From assembly GCA_963713045.1 (NCBI GenBank), contig CAVQKE010000001.1, forward strand, positions 320,001 to 384,000: DNA of 64,000 bases. The letters run 5' to 3'. Below are positions 1 to 10,456 of the stretch, piece after piece; the first letter of the stretch is position 1, and the number at the start of each line of letters is the position of its first letter. Source of the stretch: an uncultured delta proteobacterium (lineage in GTDB: Bacteria > Myxococcota > Myxococcia > Myxococcales > Myxococcaceae). The notes under the pieces were generated by a model. It was not told where the DNA came from and made no database searches. It saw nothing but the letters and a program-made list of their open reading frames with translations. Made by a program: the position numbers and the translations under genes.

Positions 1-1
1 T

Positions 2-1555
2 GCGCGTCGGGGGCAGACGTGGGTCGAGTACGCCTTGGCGCTGCTGGCTTTCAGCGCTTTCAGCATGCTGGTGACCTACGCCATCCAGCGGCTCCAGGGG
101 TTCCTGCCACTGAACCCGCAGAAATTCGCAGGCGTAGCGCCGGACCTCGCCTTCAACACCGCCGCCAGCTTTACCACCAACACCAACTGGCAGTCCTACA
201 GCGGCGAGTCCACCATGAGCTACCTGACCCAGATGGCGGGTCTCGCCTGGCACAACTTCACGTCGGCTGCCGCTGGCATGGCGGTCGCCATTGCCCTCGC
301 ACGGGGCTTGACGCGACGGCTCGCCCCCGGTGCGCCCAAGGTGCTCGGCAACTTCTGGGTCGACTTGTGGCGGGGCATCCTCTACGTGCTGTTGCCGTTG
401 AGTCTTGCCTCGGCTTTGGTGCTCGCCAGTCAAGGCGTCATTCAGAACCTCGCCCCCTACCGCGAAGTGACGACAGTGGAAGGGGCAAAGCAGCTGGTGG
501 CGCTCGGGCCGGTGGCCTCCCAGGAGGCGATTAAAGAGCTCGGGACCAACGGCGGCGGCTTTTTTAACGCCAACAGCGCCCATCCCTTCGAGAACCCCAC
601 ACCCTTCACCAACTTCTTCGAGTTGGTGCTGATTTTCGCCATCCCCGCAGCGCTCACCTACACCTACGGGCGGATGGCGAAGAGCCAGCGTCAGGGCTGG
701 GCCATCCTCGCGGCCATGGCCCTCTTGTTCCTGGTCGGCGTGGGCAGCGCTTACTGGGCCGAGGCCCACCCCAACCCGGCGCTCGCTGAGTTGGCCGTGT
801 CCCAGGCCAGCGGAAACCTGGAGGGCAAAGAGGCGCGCTTCGGCGTCGCCGCCTCGGCTCTCTTCGCCACCGTCACCACCGACGCCTCCTGCGGGGCTGT
901 CAATTCCATGCACGACAGCTTCACGCCGCTCGGCGGACTCGTGCCTTTGGTGAACATTCAGTTGGGGGAGGTGGTGTTCGGCGGCGTCGGCGCTGGCCTC
1001 TACGGAATGTTGGTCTTCGTCGTCCTCAGCGTCTTCATCGCCGGGCTGATGGTGGGACGAACACCGGAATACCTCGGCAAGAAAATCGAAGCCCGGGAGA
1101 TGAAGTTGGCCATGCTCTACGTGCTCGTCTTCCCATTCATCATCCTCGGGTTCTCTGCTTGGGCGGTGGTTTCGCCGCTGGGGCTCGCCGGGCGAAACAA
1201 CCTCGGGCCGCACGGGTTGACTGAGATTCTCTACGCCTTCACCAGCGGCGCCGGAAATAATGGCTCGGCTTTCGCCGGCCTCAACGCCAACACCCCGTTC
1301 TGGAACGCGACGTTGGCCATTACCATGCTGGCCGGCCGCTTCCTGATGCTCATCCCAGCGCTGGCCATCGCCGGCACGATGGTGGGAAAGAAGGCGGTGC
1401 CCGCCGGACCGGGCACCTTCCCCACCGACGGCACCCTCTTTACCGGCTTGTTGGTGTCGGTGGTCATCATCGTCGGCGCCCTCACCTTCTTTCCGGCGCT
1501 CAGCCTCGGCCCCATCGTCGAGCACTTCCTCGCCACGGCGGGAAGGACCTTCTAA
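2..1555 (+). CDS. kdpA: Potassium-transporting ATPase subunit A (5' end lies upstream of the window)
   Basis: Frame is open from position 2. Motifs [31 protein letters not shown] and NNGSAF. Confidence 0.97.
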   Translation, partial: ARRGQTWVEYALALLAFSAFSMLVTYAIQRLQGFLPLNPQKFAGVAPDLAFNTAASFTTNTNWQSYSGESTMSYLTQMAGLAWHNFTSAAAGMAVAIALARGLTRRLAPGAPKVLGNFWVDLWRGILYVLLPLSLASALVLASQGVIQNLAPYREVTTVEGAKQLVALGPVASQEAIKELGTNGGGFFNANSAHPFENPTPFTNFFELVLIFAIPAALTYTYGRMAKSQRQGWAILAAMALLFLVGVGSAYWAEAHPNPALAELAVSQASGNLEGKEARFGVAASALFATVTTDASCGAVNSMHDSFTPLGGLVPLVNIQLGEVVFGGVGAGLYGMLVFVVLSVFIAGLMVGRTPEYLGKKIEAREMKLAMLYVLVFPFIILGFSAWAVVSPLGLAGRNNLGPHGLTEILYAFTSGAGNNGSAFAGLNANTPFWNATLAITMLAGRFLMLIPALAIAGTMVGKKAVPAGPGTFPTDGTLFTGLLVSVVIIVGALTFFPALSLGPIVEHFLATAGRTF

Positions 1556-3603
1556 TGGCCGCGCCCAACGCCAAGTCCCTCTCCCTGTTCGAGCCTGCCA
1601 TCCTGGTGCCGGCCATCGGGGAGAGCTTTCGGAAACTGTCGCCCCAGCTGGTGGCGAAGAATCCGGTCATGTTCGTGGTCGAGGTGGGTTCAGTCCTCAC
1701 CAGCGTCCTGTGGGCGCGCGACCTCTTCTCAACGCACCGTGCCGCCCCCCTTTGGTTCACCGGACTGACCAGCCTCTGGCTGTGGTTCACCGTCCTATTT
1801 GCCAACCTCGCCGAGGCGGTGGCCGAAGGGCGCGGCAAAGCGCAGGCCGAATCGCTCCGCCGGATGCGCAAGGACACCACGGCGCGCAGGCTTTTGGGCA
1901 GCCGGGAGGAGGCGGTTCCGGCTTCGTCGTTGAGGAAGGGCGACCTGGTGGTGGTGGAAGCGGGCCAATTCATTCCGGGCGATGGCGAGGTAACGGAAGG
2001 CATTGCCTCGGTGGACGAGAGCGCCATCACCGGCGAGTCGGCGCCGGTCATCCGGGAAAGCGGTGGGGACCGTTCGGCCGTCACCGGCGGTACCAGGGTG
2101 CTGTCCGACCGCATCGTGGTGCGAATCACAGCCAACCCCGGCGAGTCCTTCCTCGACCGGATGATTGCTTTGGTCGAGGGCGCTGCTCGGCAGAAAACAC
2201 CGAATGAGATTGCGCTTCACATCCTTCTCGTCGGCCTGACGCTGATTTTCCTCTTCGCCTGCGTGACGCTGGTTCCCTACGGTCTCTACAGCGGGGTCGC
2301 GCTGTCGGCGACGACCATCGTCGCGCTTCTGGTGTGCCTCATCCCCACCACCATCGGCGGCCTGCTGTCGGCCATCGGCATCGCGGGAATGGACCGGCTG
2401 TTGCGCAAGAACGTCATCGCCATGAGCGGGCGCGCAGTGGAAGCCGCCGGCGACGTGGACACCCTCCTGCTCGACAAGACCGGAACCATCACCCTCGGCA
2501 ACCGGATGGCCACCGAATTCCTTCCGCTGGCGGGGGTACGGGTCGAAGACTTGGCCGACGCCGCGCAGCTGAGCAGCCTCGCCGACGAGACGCCCGAGGG
2601 ACGGAGCATCGTCATCCTCGCCAAGGAACGCTACCGACTGCGGGGACGCGAAGTGGCCGAACCCGGGACGCACTTCATCGCCTTCAGCGCGCACACCCGG
2701 ATGAGCGGTGTTGACCTTGGGGGACGCTCGGTGCGCAAAGGAGCAGTCGACGCAGTTTCCGCTCATGTGCGGAGTTTGGGAGGGATGGTCCCGACGGAGC
2801 TCGACGCCATCGCCAGTCGCATCGGGGACAACGGCGGTACTCCGCTGGCCGTCTCCGATGGCGCGCGTGTGCTCGGGGTCATCCATCTCAAGGACGTCGT
2901 GAAGGGCGGAATTAAAGAGCGGTTCGACCGCTTCCGGGCGATGGGCATTCGGACGGTGATGATTACTGGCGACAATCCCCGCACCGCCGCCGCCATCGCC
3001 CGCGAAGCGGGGGTGGACGACTTTCTGGCCGAGGCGACGCCCGAGGCCAAGCTCCGCCTCATCCAGGACGAGCAGAGCAAGGGCAAGCTTGTGGCGATGA
3101 CCGGCGATGGCACCAACGACGCCCCGGCGCTGGCCCAAGCGGACGTCGGGGTGGCGATGAATACCGGGACCCAGGCGGCCAAGGAGGCTGGCAACATGGT
3201 GGACCTGGACTCCAATCCCACCAAGCTCCTCGAGGTGGTCGAAGTCGGCAAGCAGCTCCTCATGACTCGAGGCACGCTCACCACCTTCTCCATCGCCAAC
3301 GACGTGGCCAAGTACTTCGCCATCCTACCGGCGATGTTCGTCGGGGTATTTCCGGAGATTGCCCCGCTCAATGTGATGCGGCTCGCATCCCCCCAGTCGG
3401 CGATTCTCTCCGCGGTCATCTTCAACGCCCTCATCATCGTCGCCCTCATTCCGTTGGCGCTCCGCGGCGTGCGCTACCGCGCCATCGGAGCCGCGGCGCT
3501 TTTGAGACGCTCGCTGCTCATCTACGGCGCGGGCGGCATCGTCGTCCCCTTCTTCGGTATCAAGGCCATCGACCTGGCGCTCCAAGCGCTGGGCCTCGTC
3601 TGA
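1555..3603 (+). CDS. kdpB: Potassium-transporting P-type ATPase subunit B
   Basis: TGES, DKTGT, KGA, TGDN and [10 protein letters not shown] motifs; 1-nt overlap with the kdpA stop. Confidence 0.98.
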   Translation: MAAPNAKSLSLFEPAILVPAIGESFRKLSPQLVAKNPVMFVVEVGSVLTSVLWARDLFSTHRAAPLWFTGLTSLWLWFTVLFANLAEAVAEGRGKAQAESLRRMRKDTTARRLLGSREEAVPASSLRKGDLVVVEAGQFIPGDGEVTEGIASVDESAITGESAPVIRESGGDRSAVTGGTRVLSDRIVVRITANPGESFLDRMIALVEGAARQKTPNEIALHILLVGLTLIFLFACVTLVPYGLYSGVALSATTIVALLVCLIPTTIGGLLSAIGIAGMDRLLRKNVIAMSGRAVEAAGDVDTLLLDKTGTITLGNRMATEFLPLAGVRVEDLADAAQLSSLADETPEGRSIVILAKERYRLRGREVAEPGTHFIAFSAHTRMSGVDLGGRSVRKGAVDAVSAHVRSLGGMVPTELDAIASRIGDNGGTPLAVSDGARVLGVIHLKDVVKGGIKERFDRFRAMGIRTVMITGDNPRTAAAIAREAGVDDFLAEATPEAKLRLIQDEQSKGKLVAMTGDGTNDAPALAQADVGVAMNTGTQAAKEAGNMVDLDSNPTKLLEVVEVGKQLLMTRGTLTTFSIANDVAKYFAILPAMFVGVFPEIAPLNVMRLASPQSAILSAVIFNALIIVALIPLALRGVRYRAIGAAALLRRSLLIYGAGGIVVPFFGIKAIDLALQALGLV

Positions 3604-3611
3604 GGCAACTT

Positions 3612-4235
3612 ATGCCCTCCCTCTTCGCTGTCGCACTGCGTGTTACGCTGCTCACGTTGGTGGTCACCGGCGTGCTCTACCCCTTCGCCGCCACCGGACT
3701 CGCGCTGTTGCTGTTTCCCGCACGTGCCCAAGGCAGCTGGCTTACCGATGAGCGCGGCCAGGTGGTGGGCTCGGAGCTGTTGGCGCAAGGCTTCTCATCG
3801 CCGAGCTATTTCCAGCCCCGGCCGTCGGCGGCCGGAACGGGCTATGACGCAACCGCCTCGTCCGGAAGCAACCTCGGCCCGACCAGCAAGAAGCTTCGGG
3901 AGGGAGCGGCCGATGCCCTGAGGAAACTGGAAGCGGAGAACCCCGGCGCGCCGCGACCAGTCCCAGCGGAGTTGGTCACCGCATCGGCGAGCGGGCTCGA
4001 CCCACACCTCTCACCCGAGGCAGCGCGATGGCAAATCAGCCGGGTGGCAGCGGCCCGAGGGGTGAGCGAGGATCGCGTCCGGGCCGTCGTCGCCGCCCAT
4101 GCCGAGGAACGGACGTTTGGCTTCTTGGGCGAGCCACGCGTCAACGTGCTGGTTCTCAACCTGGCGCTCGACCGGCAATTCGGCCAGCCCAGCCTGCCGC
4201 CCCCGGCACCCCAGGCTGCGCCGGCCGCGCACTAA
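3612..4235 (+). CDS. kdpC: Potassium-transporting ATPase subunit C
   Basis: N-terminal TM, YFQPRPS, SSGSNLGP, SASGLDPH and VNVLVLNLALD motifs. Confidence 0.96.
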   Translation: MPSLFAVALRVTLLTLVVTGVLYPFAATGLALLLFPARAQGSWLTDERGQVVGSELLAQGFSSPSYFQPRPSAAGTGYDATASSGSNLGPTSKKLREGAADALRKLEAENPGAPRPVPAELVTASASGLDPHLSPEAARWQISRVAAARGVSEDRVRAVVAAHAEERTFGFLGEPRVNVLVLNLALDRQFGQPSLPPPAPQAAPAAH

Positions 4236-4253
4236 CGCTAGCCTTCTTGGCCG

Positions 4254-5420
4254 ATGGCTCTTCCCGCATCGCGCCTCGGGTATCTCCGCCAACGGCCTGA
4301 AGACTTTCTCACCCTCCTCGAGCGCGGGAAGCGGGGTCGCCTCAAGCTCTACATCGGCTTCGCCGCCGGCGTGGGGAAGACCTACCGGATGCTCGAGGAG
4401 GCGCACGACCTTCTGGTCCGGGGCATTGACGTGGTGGTCGGCTACGTGGAGGCGCACGGGCGCGCCGAGACGGCCGCCCTCATCGAGGGGCTTCCCGTCA
4501 TTCCCCGCAAGTCGGTCACCTACCGTGGCGTCACAGTCGAGGAGATGGACCTCGACGCCATCCTCGCCAGGAAGCCGGCGGTGGCGGTGGTGGACGAGCT
4601 GGCCCACACCAATCTCCCGGTGTGCCGGAACCGCAAGCGCTACCAGGACGTCCAGGAGTTGCTCAGCAACGGCATCAGCGTCATCGGCGCATTCAACGTC
4701 CAGCATCTGGAATCGCTCAACGACTTGGTGGAGCGCACCGTGGGTGTCGAGGTGCGGGAGACCATCCCCGACTCGTTTCTGCAACTCGCAGACATTGTGG
4801 TGAACCTCGACTTGGCCGTGGAAGACCTCCAGGAGCGGCTGCGGGCGGGGAAAATCTACCAGGCAGAGAAAGTCCCTCAGGCCTTGGAGGGCTTCTTCCA
4901 GCACAACAACCTGGTGACGCTTCGGGAGCTGGCCCTCAGGGAAGTGGCCGAGAGCCTCGAGCGGACGGCCGCCGCTGGGCGTCCAGCGACCGAGTCTGCG
5001 GCCCGCCCGGTGGCCGGGCGGGTGATGGTGTGTCTCTCCTCCTTTCCACCCCATGCGGCGGCCCTGCTGCGACGCGGGTCCCGTGCCGCCGGCCGGCTCA
5101 ACACGGACTGGTTCGTGGTGTACGTGGAAACCCCGGCCGAAGCGCCCAACCTCATCGACTCCGAGGCCCAGCGCCACCTGTTGGCCAACATCGAGAAGGC
5201 GCGGGAAGCCGGGGCCGAGGTGGTGCGGCTGCGGGCCAAGGACCCGGTTCCGGCACTGCTCGACTTCGCGCATAGCCACGGGGTGGGGCTCGTCCTCATC
5301 GGCCGCTCGCAAGCCGGCGGCTGGCGCAAGTGGCTCGGCTTAACCACTGACCTCCGGCTGGTGCGTGACGCCAACGACTTGGACGTGCAGGTGGTGGCCT
5401 TTCCGGAGCCGCGCGCATGA
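4254..5420 (+). CDS. kdpD: Stand-alone KdpD N-terminal (Walker A) domain plus Usp domain, with no TM, GAF or kinase part
   Basis: GRLKLYIGFAAGVGKTY, VVDELAHTN, NVQHLES, LRELAL, then a Usp-like domain (RVMVC...WFVVYV). Ends at 388 aa. Confidence 0.9.
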   Translation: MALPASRLGYLRQRPEDFLTLLERGKRGRLKLYIGFAAGVGKTYRMLEEAHDLLVRGIDVVVGYVEAHGRAETAALIEGLPVIPRKSVTYRGVTVEEMDLDAILARKPAVAVVDELAHTNLPVCRNRKRYQDVQELLSNGISVIGAFNVQHLESLNDLVERTVGVEVRETIPDSFLQLADIVVNLDLAVEDLQERLRAGKIYQAEKVPQALEGFFQHNNLVTLRELALREVAESLERTAAAGRPATESAARPVAGRVMVCLSSFPPHAAALLRRGSRAAGRLNTDWFVVYVETPAEAPNLIDSEAQRHLLANIEKAREAGAEVVRLRAKDPVPALLDFAHSHGVGLVLIGRSQAGGWRKWLGLTTDLRLVRDANDLDVQVVAFPEPRA

Positions 5421-7258
5421 CGCTGCGGACCCGGCTGCTGTTGGCGCAAGGGCCGTTGGCGCTGGCCCTTCTGCTGGTGGGGGCCCTGGCCGTCATCACC
5501 ATGGCGGACCTCGGAAAGAGCGGCGACCGCGTCCTCGCCGACAACTACCGCAGCGTGCTGGCCGCCCAACGGATGAAGGAGGCCATCGAGCGCATCGACA
5601 GCGCCGCTCTCTTCCTTCTCATCGGAGAAGACGCACGCGGCCTCCGCCAAGCGGCGGAAAACCGCCCTCGGTTTGAGTCGGAGCTCCAGGCGGAACTGCA
5701 AAACATCACTGAGCCGGGCGAGCAGGAGGCGGCCGATGCGCTGCGCGGGAATTGGGCCGACTATGAGCGGGCTTTCGACGCCTTTGTGAAATTGCCCACC
5801 ACCGAGCAGCGCCGCGCCCAATACCTGCAGGCGCTCTCCTCGGGCTTCGTGCGCGTCAAAGACAGCGCCGACGCCATCCTCGCCATCAACCAGGACGCGA
5901 TGGTGCAGAAGAGCGAGCAGCTGCGCCACAAGAGCGAGGTTGCCCGCACCATCACCATCATCGCGGTGCTGGCGGCCCTGCTGGCAGGTCTGCTTGCTTC
6001 GGGCTCGCTGGTGAGCCGAGCCCTGCGCCCGGTGGCCGTGCTCGGGCAGGCGGTTCGCCGGCTGGGGCAAGGGGACTTGGACACCCGTGTCCGGGTCAAC
6101 GACAGCGGAGAAATTGGCCAGCTGGCGGACGACTTCAATGCCATGGCCGACAGCCTCCGCAACTACCGGCAGAGCAGCCTCGGCGAGCTGCTGCAGGCCC
6201 AGGCCAGCGCCCAGGCGGCCATCGACAGTTTGCCAGATGCCGTGCTCGTCTTCGGGACAGATGGTGCACTGGTCAACGCCAACCGCATTGCCGAATCCGC
6301 GCTCGGTGTGCGGCTGGACGCCGAAGCACCGCTGGCGCCGATGCCGCCCGAGCTGCGCGCGGTGGTGGAGCGCGTCCGCAGCCACGTCTTAGCGGGGCGA
6401 GGCCCCTACGTCCCAAGGGGGTTCGACGACGCGGTGTTGGTCCCTTCGCCCGAGGGCGGACTGGCGCTGCTGCCGCGGGCTTCGCCGGTGCTGGGCGAGG
6501 AAGGCGGCCTGATTGGCGCGGCGGTGGTGCTGCAGGACGTGACGCGGCTGCGCCGCTTCGACGAACTGAAGAACGACCTCGTGGCAACCGTCGCTCATGA
6601 GTTTCGAACGCCCCTCACCAGTCTGCGGATGGCCATTCATCTGTGCGTCGAGGGGGCGGTGGGCCCAGTGACGGACAAACAGCTCGACTTGCTCACCGCA
6701 GCCCGAGAGGACTGTGAGCGGCTGCAGCGCATTGTCGACGACTTGCTGGACTTGGCGCGGGTTCGCGCTGGACTGCTCGAGCTCAGCCCGGCTCCGCTGG
6801 AAGTCGTCCCCCTCCTCGAGCAGGCCCTGGCAGCCGTCCGCAGCGCCGCCGAGCAGGCTGGGGTGCACCTCGAGGCACGGGCCGAGCCGGGCAGTGAGGC
6901 GCTGGTGGCGGACCGGGAGCGGCTGGCGCTGGCGCTTCAAAACCTCCTGTCCAACGCCATCCGACACACCGCGCGTGGCGGAAGCGTCACCTTGCTGGCC
7001 GCTCGCACCGACGACGGCGTGCGCTTCAGCGTTCAGGACACTGGCCAGGGCATCTCCGCGGAATACTTGCCCCGTGTGTTTGACCGCTTCTTCCGCGTCC
7101 CGGGCCGACCCGGGGGAGGGGCCGGGCTCGGGCTGTCCATCGTCAAGGATGTGGCCGAGGCCCACGGCGGTACCGTCGGGGTCCAGAGCGTACCCGGGGA
7201 GGGCAGCACCTTCTGGCTCGCCATCCCGACGACGGCAGGCGCCGCGGGGACCACCTAG
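5417..7258 (+). CDS. Membrane sensor histidine kinase (TM, helical sensor, TM, HAMP, PAS, HisKA, HATPase)
   Basis: H-box VAHEFRTPL, N-box NLLSNAIRH, DTGQG and GAGLGL; ATGA overlap with the upstream gene. Confidence 0.95.
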   Translation: MTLRTRLLLAQGPLALALLLVGALAVITMADLGKSGDRVLADNYRSVLAAQRMKEAIERIDSAALFLLIGEDARGLRQAAENRPRFESELQAELQNITEPGEQEAADALRGNWADYERAFDAFVKLPTTEQRRAQYLQALSSGFVRVKDSADAILAINQDAMVQKSEQLRHKSEVARTITIIAVLAALLAGLLASGSLVSRALRPVAVLGQAVRRLGQGDLDTRVRVNDSGEIGQLADDFNAMADSLRNYRQSSLGELLQAQASAQAAIDSLPDAVLVFGTDGALVNANRIAESALGVRLDAEAPLAPMPPELRAVVERVRSHVLAGRGPYVPRGFDDAVLVPSPEGGLALLPRASPVLGEEGGLIGAAVVLQDVTRLRRFDELKNDLVATVAHEFRTPLTSLRMAIHLCVEGAVGPVTDKQLDLLTAAREDCERLQRIVDDLLDLARVRAGLLELSPAPLEVVPLLEQALAAVRSAAEQAGVHLEARAEPGSEALVADRERLALALQNLLSNAIRHTARGGSVTLLAARTDDGVRFSVQDTGQGISAEYLPRVFDRFFRVPGRPGGGAGLGLSIVKDVAEAHGGTVGVQSVPGEGSTFWLAIPTTAGAAGTT

Positions 7259-7267
7259 CGGGCGGCC

Positions 7268-8626
7268 TTACCCACCCTCGTACTTCTTACGCCGGCGCCA
7301 CAAGGTGCTGGCGTCGATGCCGAGAACGCGGGCCGCTTCCTCCAGCGTCGGCGTGGCCGCGAGCACCCGTAGAGTGTGTTCGCGCTCGATGGCGTCGAGC
7401 GAGTATGGCCCACCGAGGGCCAGGGTGCGACTGGAGGCGGCAGTGATGCGCTCCGGTAGCGCCTCCGGCTCCAGCCGCTGCGCTGGCCAGACGATGAGGG
7501 CCCGTTCGACGGCATTCCGCAGCTCGCGGATGTTGCCCGGCCAGCCGTACCCTTGCAGGACAGCCTCGGTTTCCGGGGCAAAGGCGACACCCGGGCGCTT
7601 GGCGTTCCGCGCCAGGGCCTCGAGGAGCCGCCGGGCCAGCGGAAGAATGTCCTCCGCGCGCTGGCGGAGTGGGGGAAGCGCAATCTCCACCACGTTGAGT
7701 CGGTAGAGGAGGTCCTCGCGAAAGCGGCCGGAGCGCACGTCCGCCTCCAACTCGCGGTTGGTGGCCGCGACCACCCGCACATCGGCGACGCGCGTGCGGC
7801 CCTCACCGAGGCGCTCGAAGCGCTTCTCTTGCAGAAACCGCAACAGCTGGACCTGGACGGTCGGCCCCAGCTCGCCGACTTCGTCGAGAAAGAGAGTGCC
7901 CCCCTCGGCCGCCTCCACCCGCCCGGGCTGGTCGCGCACCGCGCCGGTAAAGGCGCCCCGCACGTGGCCAAACAACTCGCTGGTCAGCAGTTGCTCGGAC
8001 AGGGTGGGGCAATTCACGGTGACAAAGGGACGAGCCGCGCGCGAAGACAAGCCGTGCAGCGCCCGAGCCAGCACGCTTTTCCCGGTCCCGCTCTCGCCCC
8101 GCAGCAGCACCCCTGCCTCCGACGGCGCCGCCCGGCGCAGCAGCCCCAGCACCGCCTGCATCGCCGGTGAGTGCGTCTCCAGCGAGGCCTCGGGCGCCGT
8201 CTCCGCCAGCCGCCCTTCCAACTCCTCCAGCCGTGCGCGCAGCGTGCGTCGCTCCGCCAGCCGCATCACCACCGCCCGAATCTGCGCGGGGGTAAAGGGC
8301 TTCGGCAGATAATCTCGAGCGCCGCGCTGAATGGCCTCCACCGCCGTGTCGAAGGTGGCGTAGGCGGTCACCATCACCACGTCCAGCCCCGCGTCCTCCG
8401 CCAGCAGCTGGGGAAGCAACTCCAGCCCGCTGCCCAGTCCGAGGCGAAGGTCTACGAAGGCCATGTCGAAAGGGCGCTGAGCCAGCGCCGCGAGGGCCGC
8501 CTCGGGCGTCGATGCTTCCACCACTTCGCAACCTGACTGCTCGAGGCAGACGCGAAGCGCCGAGCGGATGTTTCGCTCGTCATCCACCACCAGAATGCGC
8601 AAGCCCTTCATGATTTGTTGCGTCAC
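7268..8626 (-). CDS. Sigma-54-dependent (NtrC/AlgB-type) response regulator
   Basis: Receiver domain (LVVDD, FVDL, KP), GESGTGK, GAFTGA, LFLDE, FREDLLYRL and a Fis-type HTH. Alternative ATG start at 8611. Confidence 0.95.
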   Translation of the reverse strand: MTQQIMKGLRILVVDDERNIRSALRVCLEQSGCEVVEASTPEAALAALAQRPFDMAFVDLRLGLGSGLELLPQLLAEDAGLDVVMVTAYATFDTAVEAIQRGARDYLPKPFTPAQIRAVVMRLAERRTLRARLEELEGRLAETAPEASLETHSPAMQAVLGLLRRAAPSEAGVLLRGESGTGKSVLARALHGLSSRAARPFVTVNCPTLSEQLLTSELFGHVRGAFTGAVRDQPGRVEAAEGGTLFLDEVGELGPTVQVQLLRFLQEKRFERLGEGRTRVADVRVVAATNRELEADVRSGRFREDLLYRLNVVEIALPPLRQRAEDILPLARRLLEALARNAKRPGVAFAPETEAVLQGYGWPGNIRELRNAVERALIVWPAQRLEPEALPERITAASSRTLALGGPYSLDAIEREHTLRVLAATPTLEEAARVLGIDASTLWRRRKKYEGG

Positions 8627-8821
8627 GTCCGTGCCCCTCGCGGAGAGGCGTCCCAGCTTGCCCCAGGCTTTGAGTTTTCCGCGGGTTGCGTGGTGCTACA
8701 GGCCCGTGTGTTCGTCACGAAGCTGTCACTTGCGGCTGGCTGAAACGCGGATAGTCACTCGGTGCTCGCTGGCGAATTGCCGGGGGCCTGCGCATCTTCT
8801 TGCGTGGCTCGGGAGCGGATG

Positions 8822-9403
8822 ATGAAAACACGGCGGACGTCGAATCTGGTGGTTCCGGTCGGGCCTGAGGACTACGCCCTCGGAAACCCCCATGCCAAGC
8901 TCACCCTGGTGGAGTATGGGGACTACGCCTGCCCGTACAGCCGGCATGCATTCGGCACCATCGGCGTCATTCTGAGGCGACTGGGAGGCCAGCTGCGCTT
9001 CGTGTTTCGGCACTTCCCGGTGGTGGACCGAGACCCGTTGGCCGGGGAGGCAGCTCAGGCTGCGCTCGCCGCCGGCGCCCAGGGACATTTCTGGGAGGCC
9101 TATCAGCTTCTCTTCTCCAGTGAATTGGAGCGAGTGCTCAGCGACCCGGCCGCCATGGCGGAGGAGCTCCACCTGGACGTCCCACGCTTCACCAAGGAGT
9201 TGCGCGAGGGCGTCTACCAACCCCGCGTTGCAGACGAGGTGGACGGAGGCGTGCGCAGCGGCATCCACGGCACTCCCACCTTCTTCATCAACGGCACCCG
9301 CTTTGCCGGCAGCTGGGAGCTGCACAGCTTGCTGCACGCGCTCCGCGCGCGACTTCGCGCGACGCCCTCCCAACGCGCAGTGCTGGGCGCCGCGACGCTC
9401 TAA
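8822..9403 (+). CDS. DsbA/thioredoxin-fold protein with a CxxS site
   Basis: YGDYACPYS, FRHFP and GTPTFFING; ATG follows GGAG; no signal peptide. Confidence 0.85.
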   Translation: MKTRRTSNLVVPVGPEDYALGNPHAKLTLVEYGDYACPYSRHAFGTIGVILRRLGGQLRFVFRHFPVVDRDPLAGEAAQAALAAGAQGHFWEAYQLLFSSELERVLSDPAAMAEELHLDVPRFTKELREGVYQPRVADEVDGGVRSGIHGTPTFFINGTRFAGSWELHSLLHALRARLRATPSQRAVLGAATL

Positions 9404-10393
9404 ATGCGCATTGTCCAGTTCGACCGCTTCGGTGAGCCAGCCGAGGTTCTGCACCTGGTGGAAGCGGAACTTCCTGAGCCGGCCGCCGGCGAAGTCCGCG
9501 TTCGACTGACAGCGCGCGCCATCCACCCCTCGGACCTGCAGAACGTCCGGGGCCGGTACGGCAAGCCACCGCCCCTTCCAGCCACCCCGGGGAACGACGC
9601 GGCGGGGGTGGTGGATGCGGTCGGCCCGGGCGTGGTTGGCCTGTCGCCGGGGACCCGGGTGACGCTCCTGCTGGGGGCCACCGGCGGACGAGGCACCTGG
9701 CGCGAACAGGTGTCGGTGCCGGCCACCCTGGTGGTGCCCAGCCCACCAGGCCTCAGCGATGCGCAGGCTGGAGCGCTGTGGGTGAACTACCTGAGCATCG
9801 TCGCCATGCTGGACGACGTGCTCCGTCTGCAGGCGGGCGACGTCCTCATCCAAACTGCGGCCGGCAGCCAGCTCGGGCGTGCTGTGCTGGAGTTCGCCAA
9901 AGTCCGGGGGCTGGTGGTGGTGAACGTGGTGCGCCGCCAGACGCAGGCCGAGGAGCTTCGGCGCAACGGGGCCGCGCATGTGGTGGTGCTTCCGGGCGAA
10001 GACTTGGCGGCGGCCGTGCGGGAGGTGACGGGCGGAAAGGGTGCCACCGCCGCCATCGATTCCGTCGGCGGGGAGACCGGTGCTGAGGTGCTGGCTGCGC
10101 TTCGCTTGGGGGGGACGTCTCTACTCTTCGGTGCGTTGGACGACCGTCCGGTCCCGGTGAACCCTGGGCCCTTTCTCTTCAGGGAACTGGTGCTGCGAGG
10201 CTTTTGGTTGGTGCGTTGGCTCCAACAGGTGCCTCCGGAGCGGGTGCGTACCGCAGTGGGGGTCATCCTGGCCGGGGCCGAGCGGGGGGACTTCCGGCCG
10301 GCCGTCGACTCGACCTACCCGCTGTCCGACGTCCGGGGGGCGGTGCTGCGGGCCGAGACGCCCGGACGCTCGGGCGCCGTGGTCCTGGTCTAG
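9404..10393 (+). CDS. MDR-family NADPH oxidoreductase (quinone reductase/enoyl-thioester reductase-like)
   Basis: IHPSD, PATPGND, AAGSQLG and DSVGG; no Zn-binding Cys set. Confidence 0.88.
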   Translation: MRIVQFDRFGEPAEVLHLVEAELPEPAAGEVRVRLTARAIHPSDLQNVRGRYGKPPPLPATPGNDAAGVVDAVGPGVVGLSPGTRVTLLLGATGGRGTWREQVSVPATLVVPSPPGLSDAQAGALWVNYLSIVAMLDDVLRLQAGDVLIQTAAGSQLGRAVLEFAKVRGLVVVNVVRRQTQAEELRRNGAAHVVVLPGEDLAAAVREVTGGKGATAAIDSVGGETGAEVLAALRLGGTSLLFGALDDRPVPVNPGPFLFRELVLRGFWLVRWLQQVPPERVRTAVGVILAGAERGDFRPAVDSTYPLSDVRGAVLRAETPGRSGAVVLV

Positions 10394-10456
10394 CCGCTTC
10401 CAGCGTCCCTGATGGCAATTGACGGAGCCCCGGGTAACGGGCAGCGTCTCAGTTTG

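Noticed and set aside
1795..3138. Long antisense and alternative-frame ORFs throughout (e.g. 1795-3138, 4877-6385, 23574-25196, 59691-61430)
   Set aside because: Shadow ORFs expected at high GC. They overlap genes with clear family motifs and carry none of their own.
5410..5425. Frameshifted single kdpD gene
   Set aside because: The junction is a normal ATGA overlap, and the downstream kinase architecture is not KdpD-like.
8627..8821. Sigma-54 promoter in the regulator/dsbA divergent region
   Set aside because: TGGC and TTGC occur, but I found no convincing match with correct -24/-12 spacing.
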